This document shows positions 13,108 through 34,451 of a DNA stretch of 64,000 nt, one piece after another (position 1 is the stretch's first letter; each line of letters opens with the position of its first letter). The notes beneath the pieces were generated by a model that searched no databases, was not told the origin of the DNA, and worked only from the letters and a program-made list of their open reading frames with translations. Source of the stretch: Octopus vulgaris (taxonomy: Eukaryota); NCBI GenBank assembly GCA_951406725.2, contig OX597840.1:38006001-38070000 (forward strand), written 5' to 3'. A program made the translations under genes and the position numbers.

Positions 13108-13812
13108 TGTATGTATGCATGTGTGTATGTATGTGTGTATGTATGTGTGTATGTATATGCAGTGTTCTTTTTTTATTTGTTTTGGTCCGTGTATTTGCTG
13201 CGTTTTGTCTGTTTTTGTGGGCGTTCTTCTTCACTTGCTTCTAAAATGGCGATTTATCTCCAATATATATATATATAAGGAGAAAAACAAAACGAACATT
13301 AGAGGCAATGTAAAATGAAAGAAATGGAAGGTAAATAAAGCAGTGTAAACAGATGTTGGAGTGAATAAAGTCACTTATTGAATTCGTTACTAAAATATAA
13401 TTGTTTAAAAGTTACTATTCTCTTTCCCACTCTTAATCGTTTAGGAATATAGGCACATGTTTCATGAACAAGATAGAAAGTCTTCTTATCTTTCAATAGC
13501 TTTAACGGAATATTGGTTTAGATGTTTCAGTGCTTCAGATATAAGCTGCTAATAGTTTGCTGTATTTCTTTCTGTTGCGTACGTTGTGAGTTCGAATTCC
13601 ATGAAAACGACAACGACTTTCGTTTCTCAGTGTATCAATAAATAGTTTACCTATCTGATATTAAGCGTTAGTCTATTTTACAATCAATATTTCGCCTGGT
13701 TTTCGTTTCACTCCAACTACGCAGGGCTTTGTTTGCTGTCTTCTATTGCATCACTGAAACCCCCAATGTCTTCTGAATAAATCTCAGTGATGGAAACTGT
13801 ACGGAAGCCCGT

Positions 13813-13845
<33 letters not shown>

Positions 13846-13848
<3 letters not shown>

Positions 13849-14060
13849 CTCTTTACTCTTTACTCTTTTACTTGTTTCAGTCATTTGATTGCGGCCATGC
13901 TGGAGCACCGCCTTTAGTCGGGCAAATCGTCCCCGAGACTTATTCTTTGTAAGCCCAGTACTTATTCTATCGGTCTCTTTTGCCGAACCGCTAACCACAC
14001 TAGCACAAGTTGTCAAGCAATGCTAGGGGGACAAACACAGACACACAAACACACACACAT

Positions 14061-14091
<31 letters not shown>

Positions 14092-14218
14092 CATATATAC
14101 TACAGGCTTCTTTCAGTTTCTGTTTACCAAATCCACTCACAAGATGCCACGCAGTGGGAGTGAACCCGGAACCATGTGGTTGGTTAGCAAGCTACTTACT
14201 TCACAGCCTCTCCTGCGC

Positions 14219-14220
<2 letters not shown>
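13846..14220 (-). mobile_element. SINE family A with internal deletions
   Basis: Colinear with 215-597; (TAAAGAG)n-type tail at the left end. Confidence 0.9.
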
Positions 14221-14269
<49 letters not shown>

Positions 14270-14444
14270 AGTCTTAAGTAAACAACGTTATTTATTTTGT
14301 TCGACGCGCTTATAGTTTAGTTAATCAATAACCTTAATCCATAATATAAGTCAAATCTCGAACCAAACAGATAAAAAAACAAGGCAAAATATTTGTCATA
14401 ATTCAGGACGTTATACTTCCAGATGTTTTTTTAAATCTTTTATG

Positions 14445-14770
14445 TGTATCACTTATTAGAATCCGGCCATGCTGGGGCACCGATTTGAAGAAATTTTAGT
14501 TGAGTCAATCGACTCCACTACATCTTCTTTTTCAGGTCTGGTACTTACTCTAACGGATTCTTTAGCCGAACCACTAAGTTCCGGAGACGTAAACACACCA
14601 ACACCGTTTGCCAAGCGGTGGTGGTGGTGGACATACAGTTACAAACACACAGACACAGGCACACAAACTCATATGTATACGACAGTCAGGCTTCTTTCAG
14701 TTTGCATCTCCCAAAATCCCTCACAAGGTAGGCTCGTAGCTATATTAGAACCACGTACCATGTGATTTGA
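14445..14770 (-). mobile_element. Diverged SINE family A
   Basis: CGGCCATGCTGGGGCACCG, GACGTAAACACACCAACACCG and GGCTTCTTTCAGTTT match family A. Confidence 0.75.
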
Positions 14771-16091
14771 AATCAATCTTCGTAGGACTGAGCCACGTCT
14801 TCATGTGATGCATCGACTGCTGTAGAACTTGATATCGTTGTTGTGGAATCCCTAGACGCTTTCTTCGAAGAGATCGATTAGCAAAATCGTTTAAATCACG
14901 TCTATCTCATCTTTTATACATCTAGGTCTACATTTTCGTTTTGCCTTCAAGATACAACTGATTTGAAAGTAATTTTCCTTCTATTTCATATCGACTGTTA
15001 CCTCAGGGCATTCGTTGTTTTCTAGTCAGAGTTATTGATTTCAAGCCTGTGTGTTACATGATCGAGACGACCTAATGCTAAAATACGTTCGATCTACGAC
15101 AATCATGATTTCCTTTGCTGATTATCTAGTATGTCTTTTATTTTCATGAGTGGATGATAAGCAATCGAGATATCGTGCTATTTGTATCCAGTTAAGCTCC
15201 ATGACATGGTATCCAGGATATATACATTTGATTGATTTGCATTGAGACGATTGCGAGACCAGTGCCTGATTAGGCACTGTGATTCTGTTTATATCGTGAG
15301 CCCGTCGCTTACTGCTATTTCTATCAGTGAGGTATCTACCATTGACAAGCCCAAAGAAGGCGGAAATAACGGTGTCTGGCTGTCCTGGCTGAAGGGATAT
15401 TGATGATTGCCTCTTGCTAGCTTTGGAAACAAAGGTACTCATATGTTCTACAAAGCCATATGAGAGATTCTAACATCGTAAATATCGCGGTATTTTCTGC
15501 TCTAACACATCCACATGTATTTGGGGAAAAATTGCAAAACTATTTAAACTTTATTCAAGAAAACGAATGGAAGCGAGATACGGAAATGGCTTCACGGAAA
15601 GAGAAAATGGTTTTTGAATCAATCCCCCTGTTTGAAATCAACTCCTGAATTCTGGCCACATTTTCTGGAGTCTCAAACCAATTCCTTTCATTGCAAAAGG
15701 GCAGCGTGCTGGCAGAATCGTTAATATGTCACATAGAATGCTTAACGACACTTCATCTGTCTTCATGTTTAGAGCTCAAATGCTGACAGAGTCGACTTTA
15801 CATTTCATCATTTTGGGAATGAAAGGCAAAATCGTCCTGATGAGAACTGTTGTAATGGACATACAAATAATTGCTGGCCTTCTCCCAAACCTTGAAATCA
15901 GTATATAATAACAATGAATTTATCATTTGCTTGCTTATACCCAAATTTTTGCTGTAGTCCAACCAACCTTTCTGAAATTCTAACTTCAACGGAAGTATGT
16001 GGTAGGCTGTGAATCTGATCGTTAGGTTGAATTAGGAGAGAAACATGTCCAGTGTGCGAAAGTACGGGCTAACAGATATTACAAACCATCA

Positions 16092-16500
16092 TAGGCGCTG
16101 GAGTGGCTGTGTGGTAAGTAGCTTGCTAACCAGCCACATGGTTCCGAGTTCAGTCCCACTGCGTGGCAACTTGGACAAGTGTCTTCTGCTATAGCCTCGG
16201 GCCGACCAAAGCCTTGTGAGTCGATTTGGTAGACGGAAACTGAAAGAAGCCTGTCATATATATGTATGTGTGTGTATATGTTTGTGTGTCTGTGTTTGTC
16301 CCTCTAGCATTGCTTGACAATCGATGCTGGTGTGTTTACGTCCCCGTCACTTAGCGGTTCGGCAAAAAAGGGACCGATAGAAAAAGTACTAGGCTTACAA
16401 AGAATACGTCTCGGGGTCTATTTGCTCGACTAAAGGCAGTGCTCCAGCATGGCCACAGTCAAATGACTGAAACAAGTAAAACGAGTAAAAAGAGAAAGAG
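16092..16500 (+). mobile_element. SINE family A, full length
   Basis: Runs from AGGCGCTGGAGTGGCTGTGTGGTAAG through to GACTGAAACAAGTAAAA and an AAAGAG tail. Confidence 0.92.
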
Positions 16501-16795
16501 TATATATAGTAGCATTTAATTTGGTATCGGTTCAAATATTTATTAGTATCGAATTTCTGATGTTTGCGATGTGTTTCGATTAACATTAACAAGTTATCTT
16601 CGAAGAACTGGTAAGTCAAGATTAATTTAATGTCGTCACTTACTTAGGAGCCGTGGTTGCACTTCATTGCAAAGACACATACGTACGCGCGCACACACGA
16701 ACACACAGACACATATATATATATGTACATATGTATGTTTATATATGTATATATATATAGAGAGAGAGATGTACATATATGTATGCATATATATA

Positions 16796-16843
<48 letters not shown>

Positions 16844-17245
16844 TATATGTATATATATATGTGTGTGTGTACATGTGTCCGTGTGTGTGTGTGCATGCAT
16901 CCGTGCACGTGTATGTGTGTGTGGATATATATACATGCATATATGTATGTACTTGAGAACAGAACACACAGAAGATCCAGTTATAATATTTATTATAACC
17001 GTACAAGTCACATCATATTTACTTCAAGTTTGCATATACATAGATGAACACACACGCACCACACACACACAGATATATATATATATATATACATATAGAT
17101 AGAGAGAGAAAAGAACACACATATACAAGCACACACACTCACACACGCACACACGCACATATACAGATCTGGAGATAATCAGAGACGGAAATAGATCGAT
17201 AGATCGAGAAATAGATAGATAGGTAAAAGGTTATTTATGCAAGTA

Positions 17246-17296
<51 letters not shown>

Positions 17297-18139
17297 TCAA
17301 ACACACACACACACACAAAAACACTCACTCACTCATACACAGAGTTGAATAACTGACGTGGTCTGATGGTTTGCCATCTTGGCACGAAAGTGAAAATAAA
17401 CAAAAATGGAAGTACTTTTTAAATCATAATTTCTGACTTTATGAATATATTTGTGAATGTAGCTACCACCCCGCCTCACCTGTCCTTTCTGTCTGTCTCT
17501 CTCTTTCTCTCTCACACACACACTCACACATGTGCGCGTGTATGTAGATATATATATATATATACATACATGTGTGTATATATATGTATATATATATTAT
17601 GTATGTTTATATATATATATATATGTATACATACACACATATATATATGTATAAACATGTATAAGTATATTCCTTCTAAACACACACACACACATACATA
17701 CATACATACACACATATCTCTATATTTAGTACAAAATGATGTAAGCTGAATAAGTGAACGTGGTATTAAAGTACTAAAATCGAATTTATATACTAAATAT
17801 GAAACAATTCAAATGCCATAAACAATTTCTTTTTGAGAGAAAATAAACAACTACCTAAGGGTAATTTGTGCCCAACACCCAAATGGGAAAGGAATATAAT
17901 CAAAGGATAAAATTCTTCAAAATGACATTTCATCACTTGAGTGAAGTCCACCTGGTGTTTGTTATTATTGTCCGTGTGTCTTTTGCTCCTGTCTAGAAGT
18001 CGTAAACTGTTCGCCATATTGGCGTATTTCTGCCCCAGCAGGTAACCTTGTCGCATTTGTTATTCTACATAAATTTCCGCCAGGCTTAGTCAAATGGAAA
18101 TAGAAGAATTTCTGCATATATATCTATCATGTATGTTTA

Positions 18140-18525
18140 TATCTTTTATCTTGTACTTGTTTTAGTCGTTAGATTGTGGCCATGCTGGTGCACCGCCTCG
18201 AACAGTTCTAGTCACTTATTCTGTCTGTCTCTTTTGACGAATCTCTAGGTTACGGGTACTCAAATACACACAAACTGTGTCAACACAGGAATACATAAAT
18301 ATACGCATACACACACTCATGCACACACGCACATGCTCTCATATACACACACGCCCGCATACACATATATACGACGGGTTTCGTTCAGTTTCTGTCTTCC
18401 AGATAAACTCACAATGTTTCACTGGTCCCAAGGCAATTGTAGCACACAGCTGCAGAATCTGCCATGCAGTGGAACTGAACTCAGAGCAGAGCGGTTGGGG
18501 ATCCAACTTCTTACCACACAGCCAC
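18140..18525 (-). mobile_element. Diverged SINE family A
   Basis: TGGCCATGCTGGTGCACCGCC, ACGACGGGTTTCGTTCAGTTT and CTTACCACACAGCCA are present in order. Confidence 0.8.
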
Positions 18526-18919
18526 CAGTAAGATGTATATATATATATACATGCATACATATGTATATATGTGTATATAAACATAGAAGATGGAATATAA
18601 GCAATTAATCACAACAGTTGTTTCGACACATGTAGTATCGAGTTCTCTTGTGGGTCACTCAACAACTGGTCCAGGCGTATCCGGTGGTGCAGACGTATCT
18701 CGTCGGTTGATAAGTAAATATAAAAAAAAAACACCCGTTAAAATGACTGTTCCTCAATGGAACTTTCTGTTTTGTAGAGACAAAAACAGCCAGAAGGAGG
18801 AAGATTCTTCGTATATATAGAAGATTCAAAAATAAAATTGCACAAGACAAAAAGAGTACATATAGGTTCGTGTATTTATATGTGTATGTGTGTGCGGTAT
18901 TGTATTCGTGTATGTGTAA

Positions 18920-19150
18920 GGCGGCGAGCTGGCAGAAACGTGTGCGCGCCGGGCGAAATGCTTAGCGGTATTTCGTCTGTCACTACGTTCTGAGTTAAAA
19001 TTCCGCCGAGGTCGACTTTGCCTTCCATCCTTTCGGGGTCGATAAATTAAGTACCAGTTACGCACTGGGGTCGATATAATCGACTTAATCCGTGTGTCTG
19101 TCCTTGTTTGTCTCCTCTGTGTGTAGCCCCTTGTGGGTAGTAAAGAAATA
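18920..19150 (+). mobile_element. SINE family B, full length
   Basis: Colinear with 7403-7631. Confidence 0.92.
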
Positions 19151-20294
19151 GGTGTTGCATTCGTGTATCTGTCTCAGTGTGAGAGATGTGTTGCATTCAC
19201 TAGTGCGTTTATGTGAGTGTAATTGTGCGTGCGTGTGTGCGTGCAAACGCTTCCATACGCATGTGTTGTTCTGTAAAGCTAAATTAGAAAAACGTTTTAT
19301 GATGTAAAACGAAAAATCCGCAGAATGAAGTTAGCACGGTTTTGCGTTAATAATGTTTGCCGTTTTCATAAAACCGAATCCAGTCTATAATGTTTGTCTT
19401 CCTTATTGGTAAAACTTAATTCGATAAAACGCCATAAATATATTATTATACCTATCACGTGTATTGCTTTGCAATAAAAAGTTTCAGGGTACATAACCGA
19501 TGTTCTCAATGTAGTGTTACTAACAATCAAAATATATATCCGTGTTTATGAAATCATTCTCCGGGTTCATGCATCAACTAAATCAGATTATTTCGCGGTG
19601 TGAACTAATTTGCATAATGCTGTTAGCTTGACAACTGTGATAAATCCTAGACTCCTTGAAATCCTCATCTAATAAAGTATGCATGTCACTGTAACATACT
19701 CCTTCTCTGTTTCCCTCTACCGGGATCTCTCTCTGCCTCTGGCTCACTCTCTCTCCACTTCTCTGGCTCTCCGGTTCTCTTCTCTTGATCTGCCTCTCAT
19801 CCTCTCCTCTATCGACTGCTTTTGTTTGTCTCTACTTGTTTTCTTTAGATGTCTTTTATATTCAGCTCTACCTTTACACAAGCATAAAATAAAAAGAGGA
19901 AGGCACTTATTTATATCGGTGAATGTACGAGCACCAAAAAACAGACAGAAAGAGCGATAGATAGAAAGATGGACGAATACATCGCTCGATATATTGACAG
20001 GGTGAAAACTACATAGAGATATAAAGATAGATAGATAGGTAGATAGATAGATAAATATATAGATAGATAGATAGATAGATAAATACATACATAGATAGAT
20101 TGATAGATAGATAGATAGATAGATCGATCGATAGATAGATAGATAGATAGATATGTATGTATGTATGTATATGTGTAGATAGGTAAGTAGGTAGATACAT
20201 ACATACGCACACTATCATCACACAACGTAGAGAAGTGCGCTTATGACAACCGACTGACCCACACGTACAGACTAATACACACACATACACACAC

Positions 20295-20362
<68 letters not shown>

Positions 20363-20441
20363 GTATACCATAGATATATACAATGATATAGACATATTCG
20401 TTACACAGATACTTCCATTACGTACAAACTTACGTCAATAT

Positions 20442-20480
<39 letters not shown>

Positions 20481-20532
20481 ATACATGAGTGTTAGCACGC
20501 GCATACATGTGTATAACGGTGCTTATTTTTCC

Positions 20533-20563
<31 letters not shown>

Positions 20564-21459
20564 CACCCACGCACATACATACATTGAAATTGCGTTACAT
20601 ACCCATACACACGTGTGTGTACATGGAGATGGTTTCAAAAGAGATTGACCGGTGAAACAGAATACACAAATACAGATGTTTCGCTTTACACAAATTAACA
20701 ATGACATCTACACTGTTCCACGCAACGTACCAACATGATGATTTACAGAGATAATCAGGTACTCATATCGTATTTCTTTTCAAAGGGGCCACCCCGACCC
20801 CGACAACACAAACGCAATCCTCTCGATGCAATGGTCATTCGATAATCAATACTGATCTAAGAGATTTCCCGATCCTTCTTCTTTTTAATACATTTCTCCA
20901 TTGAAAGTTATTTATCGATGTGTTGTGTTTCAATTGAAAACGTATCGTGCTGGGAGAGGCTGGAAAAGCTCGTGTATACATATATATATATATCTTCATC
21001 TGCATCGGCCATTCTTACGCAGTCTAACGCTGATGAGATAATTTTAAAGTAAAACATTGCCATACATATGTATATGTATATATATATGTACATATATATA
21101 TTTATATGTGTATATATATGTGTATATATACATACATATATATACATGTATGTATATATATATATGTGTGTATATATATATATATGTATCAAGTGTCTAC
21201 TACTGTATTGAATAGAAGCATGACACGAACCGCTTTCTCTCCCTCTCACTCGCTTCCTCTCTCTCTCTTTCTGCAAACACATACACACACACTCACATAG
21301 ATATTTATGTACAGAGAGAGAGGGGGGGAATGAGAAGGGGAGAGGTGTGAGAGAGATAGAGAGCGAGAGCAAATGACTGTCCAAAAATCGCTTAGGTGGG
21401 CAAAATTTCGAAGTCACTATTAATACTATACTTGTTGAAGAATAGCATATATATATATA

Positions 21460-21676
<217 letters not shown>

Positions 21677-23075
21677 CTCTATATATGTATGTATATATAT
21701 ATTATACACATATATACCTAAGCTTACGCGTATCTCTCTCTCTCTCTCTTCCTATATATACACACACATATATAAATCTTTATATATATGTATATTTATG
21801 CATACATATAAATATAAGTATATATATATATATATACACATACATATATATATATACATATGGCTGCAATAACATGCACGCATGCACACACACGTGCGCG
21901 CGCAGAGACGCATATATTATTTAAGAGATGGACGCGTTATGAGAGCAACATCGGATCAGATGTTAGTAACACTGAGGACAAAAGAAATGATAACAGTTAT
22001 TATCGTTACGTTGGTATACATGTCTCTTTATTCTTCCACATACACTGACGTCGTCCACACACAGGCACACACAGAAGCAGAAGGACATGCACATACACAT
22101 AGAGGTCTTTGACACCAAATACACACACACACACACACATATTTATACACATACATATATATATTTTTTTCTCTCTTCCTTAGCAGAAATTAATGCACGC
22201 ATGCAACATGCAGCGATGGACAAAGTCAAGCAGAGAAGAATTGACAGATTTGATTACATGAAGACAGATACGGAGACCCACACATAAAGAGATTCATACA
22301 CACACACACAAACACATATACACATACTCACGTGTGTGTGTGTGTGTGTGTGTGTGCGTGTGTGTGTGTGTGTGTGTGTGCGAATCTGAGAAATAGAGGA
22401 ATGGATAAAATGTTAGAGAGAGAATAGGAGAATAACTACTGCTTTTCTGAAATAGGAATATATGTATGTATTTGTGTTCGTTACGATGTATGAATATGGA
22501 TGTGCAATATTTTCATCCGCACCTACACACACACAAACACACACACTCACACACACACACACACATGCATGCTACTTCTCAAGAAGTCCTCTCTTCACTT
22601 TCTCCCTCCTTCGTCTCTCTGATACACAATACAAATATCCTCCGTTCACCCACGACCACCCTCGAAGAGGGTAACATGTGAAAAATAAACTCTTTATGGT
22701 GAAGCCAAGTCTAAATTCCCCGTGTTGACCCTAAAAACTCTCAACAATTCTTTGGTTGTTGTCTGCTAAAAGTACTTCGTACAAATACGATGAGTTCCAG
22801 AAACGAAAGATTCCGCACATGAAATGAAACTGTCAGTCAGTGTAGGAATTTTAATCTTCCACCCTGAATACTTCTTCGTACTGATATTTCTCGTTCTTAC
22901 TGAAAATGGTAAATTAGAAAACGTAACACAGCGTTTACTCTCTCTTTCACTGTTTATCTGTCAAGCATCGTTTGCATTTATCAAACTGTGTATCTAACGA
23001 GCTCTCCGTACCTGTATATCTGCTTGTCTCTATGTCTATATATATATAACTCGCCATATATACGCATGTGCCTCT

Positions 23076-23127
<52 letters not shown>

Positions 23128-23419
23128 GTGTTCATGAGAGTGTGTGTGAGCGATAGTGAACGATTGTGTGTGTATATGTGTATGTGGGAGGTGTTTGTGT
23201 TTCTGCATATGTGCTTACTATAATGAATTCAACCAGTCCGACTTTGAGACGTCTATTAATACTTAACATAGACACGGAATGTATATACACATGTACACTC
23301 ACTCCCAGACATGTGCGTGTGCGTACATATATATATCTATATCTGCTTTCAAGCACACATACATACATATATACATATATACGTTACATATATATGCGTG
23401 TTTGTGTGTGTACGTACAA

Positions 23420-23463
<44 letters not shown>

Positions 23464-24244
23464 TCAAGCACACATACATACATACATACCTTACATATAT
23501 ACATATATATATATGTGTCCGTGCGTGTACGTACATGTATGTTTACAGATATACACACACACGCTCTCGCACGCATGCACACAAACCTACAGCCGAACAA
23601 ACACGAGAAGCAGGCACACAAGCGAAAACCCTATGAATTAATCGAAGCATTGAAAGGTTAACGAAAATAATTTGAACAAGCACTGAAACATAGATCCGCC
23701 ATGTTTGTAATTTATTTCACTTTCAAACCAGAAAGAAATCACTTTGAATTGATTTCTACAACCCGGATGTCTTATATAATAAGAAAACCGTACTTTGTGA
23801 ATGCAGCAGCTAGAGATTGGATTTAGATTTCAATGGCTTTTAATTAAGAAGACATCGTAATGAAAGGGATTTATACAAAACCTTCAGTTTGCAGATTCGG
23901 TTTTCACAGTATGATAGCAATCATTAGTATTCTGCTTAGACTCAACAGTATGATGTTACTAATGTTAAAACTAAAAATAATGACTAGAAATCTATTAGAA
24001 AAGAACTGCGAATGCGACGACAATAGCAGGAAGAATAACTGTAACGGTAAATGGAACCAAACAAGCAGCTTCCTGCGTTATCGGTTGACATGCTAGAAAT
24101 AACAGACAAATCTCCGTCGATACGTTTACAAATAGAAGGTAATTCTTTCGTCCTACGCAATCATGTAATTAAAAGGATGTAATGGACGGTGTGGTAGAGA
24201 ATCTGTAATGCACGCATGGCAAGAAGACATGGATAAGAAATTAA

Positions 24245-24915
<671 letters not shown>

Positions 24916-25373
24916 TATAAGCAAAACCAAGTAGAGGAACTAAGCAATCATGGCGAGAAACAGAAGCAACAACAACAACAACAACAACAACAACAAAAAC
25001 AAAAGTAACTTCAATACGAGACGGTGGCAAATCATACTTGGGATTCTATGTCCGATATATTAAAAGTGGGGGTCGATCAAATATATTACTAGGAATGATA
25101 TATTCAATGCCTGGCCAAAAATTTTATTTCCTACTACATATTTACCTGATTTCAGTTTGACGTAAAAAGCTATGTTACCATAATCTTACGTTAACATCTA
25201 CTTGTGTGGAAGCGGTTAAGGTATACGGCAATATCAAGGAACATAGAATTAGAAATATAACGCCGCAATACAAACAGTACCTCGTCGCTGCTAAATTTTG
25301 TGCACAAAATCACAGACAAAAGAAGCATCTCCACTAACTTTTACACGAAATTGGCTTGCCATAAGGAAACTTC

Positions 25374-26099
25374 CCAGATAGCAATACTCAACATCCCAGG
25401 CAGGTAAAGAGCAAAAAAAATAACGAATCCACCCGGCTTTGATTAACTATATATGCGTTTTGGAGTTAGAGAGATGTGAAAAATATAAAATAACATTTCC
25501 ACCCTATCATTCTTCACATCAGCTCAGTAATTCAAGATTATAAATTTGAGAGCACTGCAAAAATTAAACATATCTTATCTGACCAGGCAACATCAGACAA
25601 CGTACATCTAACGACCAGTACTTCCGAATTCAAACAGACGAATGCGATCTCGTATTATTCCTCTCTCACCCACGTGTGCCAATGAATAAAATTCTACAGA
25701 AAAAAACTGTAGTTTACTATCAGGGACAGAATTATATTATCAATAATCATAAAGGGTAAAATTAATTAATTAATTAATGATTAGTAATTTTACCAAGTAT
25801 TTCGGTATGTTAAAAGACCAATTATCGGTAAACCTATACAGAAATTCTATAATTATGAATATAATTATAATTAGGGTTTACCGAAGTTTAGAAATAGCAG
25901 TTAAAACTAACTATTTCACTACCATAAGAAAATCTGCCAGATAGCATTACTCTAAAATCGACGCAGGTAAAGAGAAAAAAAAAACGAATCCACTCGGCTT
26001 TGATTAACTGTATACGCGTTTCGAATTTAGAGAGATGTGAAAAATGTAAAATTATTTCCACTCTTTCATACTCCTCTTTGGTACAGTAATTCAACATTT
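25374..26099 (+). repeat. Diverged ~165-bp direct repeat pair (25374-25540 / 25936-26099)
   Basis: Both share CCAGATAGCA, GCAGGTAAAGAG, ACGAATCCAC.CGGCTTTGATTAACT, AGAGAGATGTGAAAAAT and CAGTAATTCAA. Confidence 0.85.
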
Positions 26100-26124
26100 T
26101 AATATCGATAATATATATATATAT

Positions 26125-26154
<30 letters not shown>

Positions 26155-26168
<14 letters not shown>

Positions 26169-26420
26169 TTAGAGACAAAACCACTATTATGCAAATGAAA
26201 CAAAGAAAGACTTAATCCAATACATAAAATTTTTTATATAAATTAAATATATATATAACTTAATTATATTTAATTTATATAAAAAATTTTATGTATTGGA
26301 TTAAGTCTTTCTTTGTTTCATTTGCATAATAGTGGTTTTGTCTCTAATTAATATTATATTATATTTTACTATAAAATTAGATTCAATCCTAAATCTGATT
26401 TTCCCTGTAAATTTATTATT

Positions 26421-26422
<2 letters not shown>
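26155..26422. mobile_element. (TA)n-flanked AT-rich element with a ~200-bp fold-back (arms ~26155-26248 / 26266-26357)
   Basis: Arms are near-exact reverse complements. Same family as 7686-8280. Confidence 0.8.
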
Positions 26423-26471
<49 letters not shown>

Positions 26472-26473
<2 letters not shown>

Positions 26474-26665
26474 CGGGAAGCTTTATGAAAATAAACAAAA
26501 GACGAAGGCAGGTGGAATACAAACAATTGTATTAGTATAGCGCTCAGGAATAGAAATAAAACAAGTCTTTTAGGTTTCGAGCTTACGCTCTTCAAGAGAA
26601 AGATACACAGAAAAGAAACACGGGGAGAAACAAGAGAGAAAAAATGCGTGCAGTAGCTAGCGAAT

Positions 26666-26670
<5 letters not shown>
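26472..26670 (-). mobile_element. (TA)n-flanked repeat with a hammerhead-like motif (Penelope pLTR-like)
   Basis: Homologous to 51690-51866 and partly to 48970-49080. Minus strand reads CTCTTGA-A-GAGCgtaaGCTC-GAAAC. Confidence 0.6.
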
Positions 26671-26725
<55 letters not shown>

Positions 26726-27136
26726 TTATGTATTTATTTATTTATATATATATATCTATATATATATTTATCAGGGCACTCGGTCGGTTTCGACGACGAC
26801 GGTTCCAGTTAATGCAGTCAACGGAACAGCCAGCTCGTGAAATGAACGTGCAAGTTGTTGAGCATTCCACATACAGGTGTAATTTAATGTTGATCTCTGG
26901 GAGACTCAGCATGACTCATAGTGTGACAATTCTGACCCTTAGAAATGTAGAAACAGGAAGAAAGGGTGAGAGAAAGTTGTGATGAAAGATTACAGCAGGG
27001 TTCCGAGACGGAAAAATACAGCCTACAAGATGGGCCTCATCCTTGAAAATCTGATGGGAATATTGGGCTTCGCATAATTGTATCCCAGCGTCAATTTGAT
27101 GGCATGCGCTGCCCACTCACTCAATAATGACGATGA

Positions 27137-27506
<370 letters not shown>

Positions 27507-28621
27507 ACTATAAAATGACCACCATAGGACTGCAAAAATATCTACTTCAGAAGGAAGGAAAATTGATACAAATAGTGGCAAAACACGAGCAAAACAAAAA
27601 ATTGTTCTCAGTATTTAAGGAAGCTGACAAATACAAACAAGAAATCATACCACCTAATAAATATGAAGAAGAAGAAGAAGAAGATGAAGAAACAACAAAA
27701 GCTATAAAACAAATGAAATCCAAACTAAAAATAGAACAGCAATGAACCATAATAAAACGATGGCAAGAAAAGCCCCTTCATGGTAAATACTGGACTAAAC
27801 TAAACGCAAAAGAAATAGACAAAGAAAAATCCCAGCAATGGTTGAGAAGCTCAGGACTCAAAGCAGAAACAGAGGGATTTTTAATTGCAGCACAAGACCA
27901 AAGCCTCCCCACCAGAAATTACCAAAAACATGTAATGAAAAGAAATATTACAAGTAACTGCAGAATATGTGGAGATGGACAAGAAACAATAAATCATATT
28001 ATCTCTAGCTGCCCAGTCCTGGCTAAGAAGGAATATATTCACAGACATGACAGAGTTGGAACCTACATACATTGGAAGCTATGCCAACATTATGGAATAA
28101 CAACAGAAAAAAGAAGGTATAGGCACACACCAGAAAAGGTCACAGAAAACGAGAAAGCAACCATACTCTGGGATATGCCGATACACACAGATAGAGAAAT
28201 TAAGGCCAACAGACCAGATATAGTTGTCAGAGATCATGAAGAAAAAAATGCTTTCTAATTGATGTATCAATACCGGCAGATGACAACGTGTCTCTAAAAG
28301 AAATGGAGAAACTCTCAAAATACAAAAACCTGGAAATAGAGGTAACTAGAATGTGGAATCTGAAAACAGAAACAATTCCTATCATAGTAGGTGCATTAGG
28401 CATGATAAAAAAATATTCAGACAAATACATAACAAAAACACCAGGACTTACAAACACATATAACATACAGAAAATTGCACTACTAGGCACTGCACACATC
28501 CTACGCAGAACACTTTCCATACAATAACCATCAGAGCATCACAACAAATCACAGTACATACCCAAGGCATACAGAGCTGCGCTCGGTAGTGAAGTGAAAG
28601 CACGCTATAAAAATAAAACTA

Positions 28622-28624
<3 letters not shown>
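27507..28624 (+). mobile_element. 5'-truncated R4/Dong-type RLE non-LTR retrotransposon, family B
   Basis: Motifs WQEKPLHGKY, ETEGFLIAAQDQ, CCHC (CRICGDGQETINHIISSC), RHD and RLE (RPDIVV...LIDVSIP...K..KY). In-frame stop at 27743-27745, frameshift in the A-run at ~28242-28248, ~97-nt 3' UTR, then (AAT)n. Confidence 0.93.
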
Positions 28625-29411
<787 letters not shown>

Positions 29412-30136
29412 TGGCAACAGCGAACCCAGCAGGTCAACTGTAGAAAACTGGAAGATCTACTGTTTACTGTAAGTAATTTGAATTACCCTCAAAATAAGTA
29501 AAAAAAAAACTTACATATCTACAGCTCATACAAACGTACACCTAACAAGAAAAATTAGAAACATAAATATCTCCAATTCTGTGTGAACATTTACATTTAG
29601 TCGTCTCTCATGACTATAAGAATGTGTAAAATTGCCTTTTAAATTACCTTTTATTGTAACAACACAATTAAATGCACGATAAAAAGTTATGGAATTAAGC
29701 ACCTACTACTATATACATACAACTGAATTCAGAAATTTAAAAATATATACATAACATTGAACTCAGAAAGTTATTTAAAAAAAAAAAAAAAAAAAATCTT
29801 CGACGAAAACATCAGATAATATGTGTGAGTGAATATACATATATATACATATACATATGCATGTGGTGAAGAAGAAAAGAGAAAGGAAAAAAATAAATAA
29901 ATAAACGTAAACAGGTTTGACCTTTTACTGACCATTAACGTCCTTTGTCTCCATCTACCGTGGCTATTTATAGACCCAAAGAACATGAATTCTTTAACCA
30001 CACATTCTCCAACACAATGGAGTGTTGATGGTGGCTGTGGCTACACATAAAACAATGTCATTGAAGATGATGATGGTGATGGTGATGTTGCTGATGATGG
30101 TGATGGTGGTGAAGATGATAGTAATAACAATAATAA

Positions 30137-34447
<4,311 letters not shown>

Positions 34448-34451
34448 ATAA

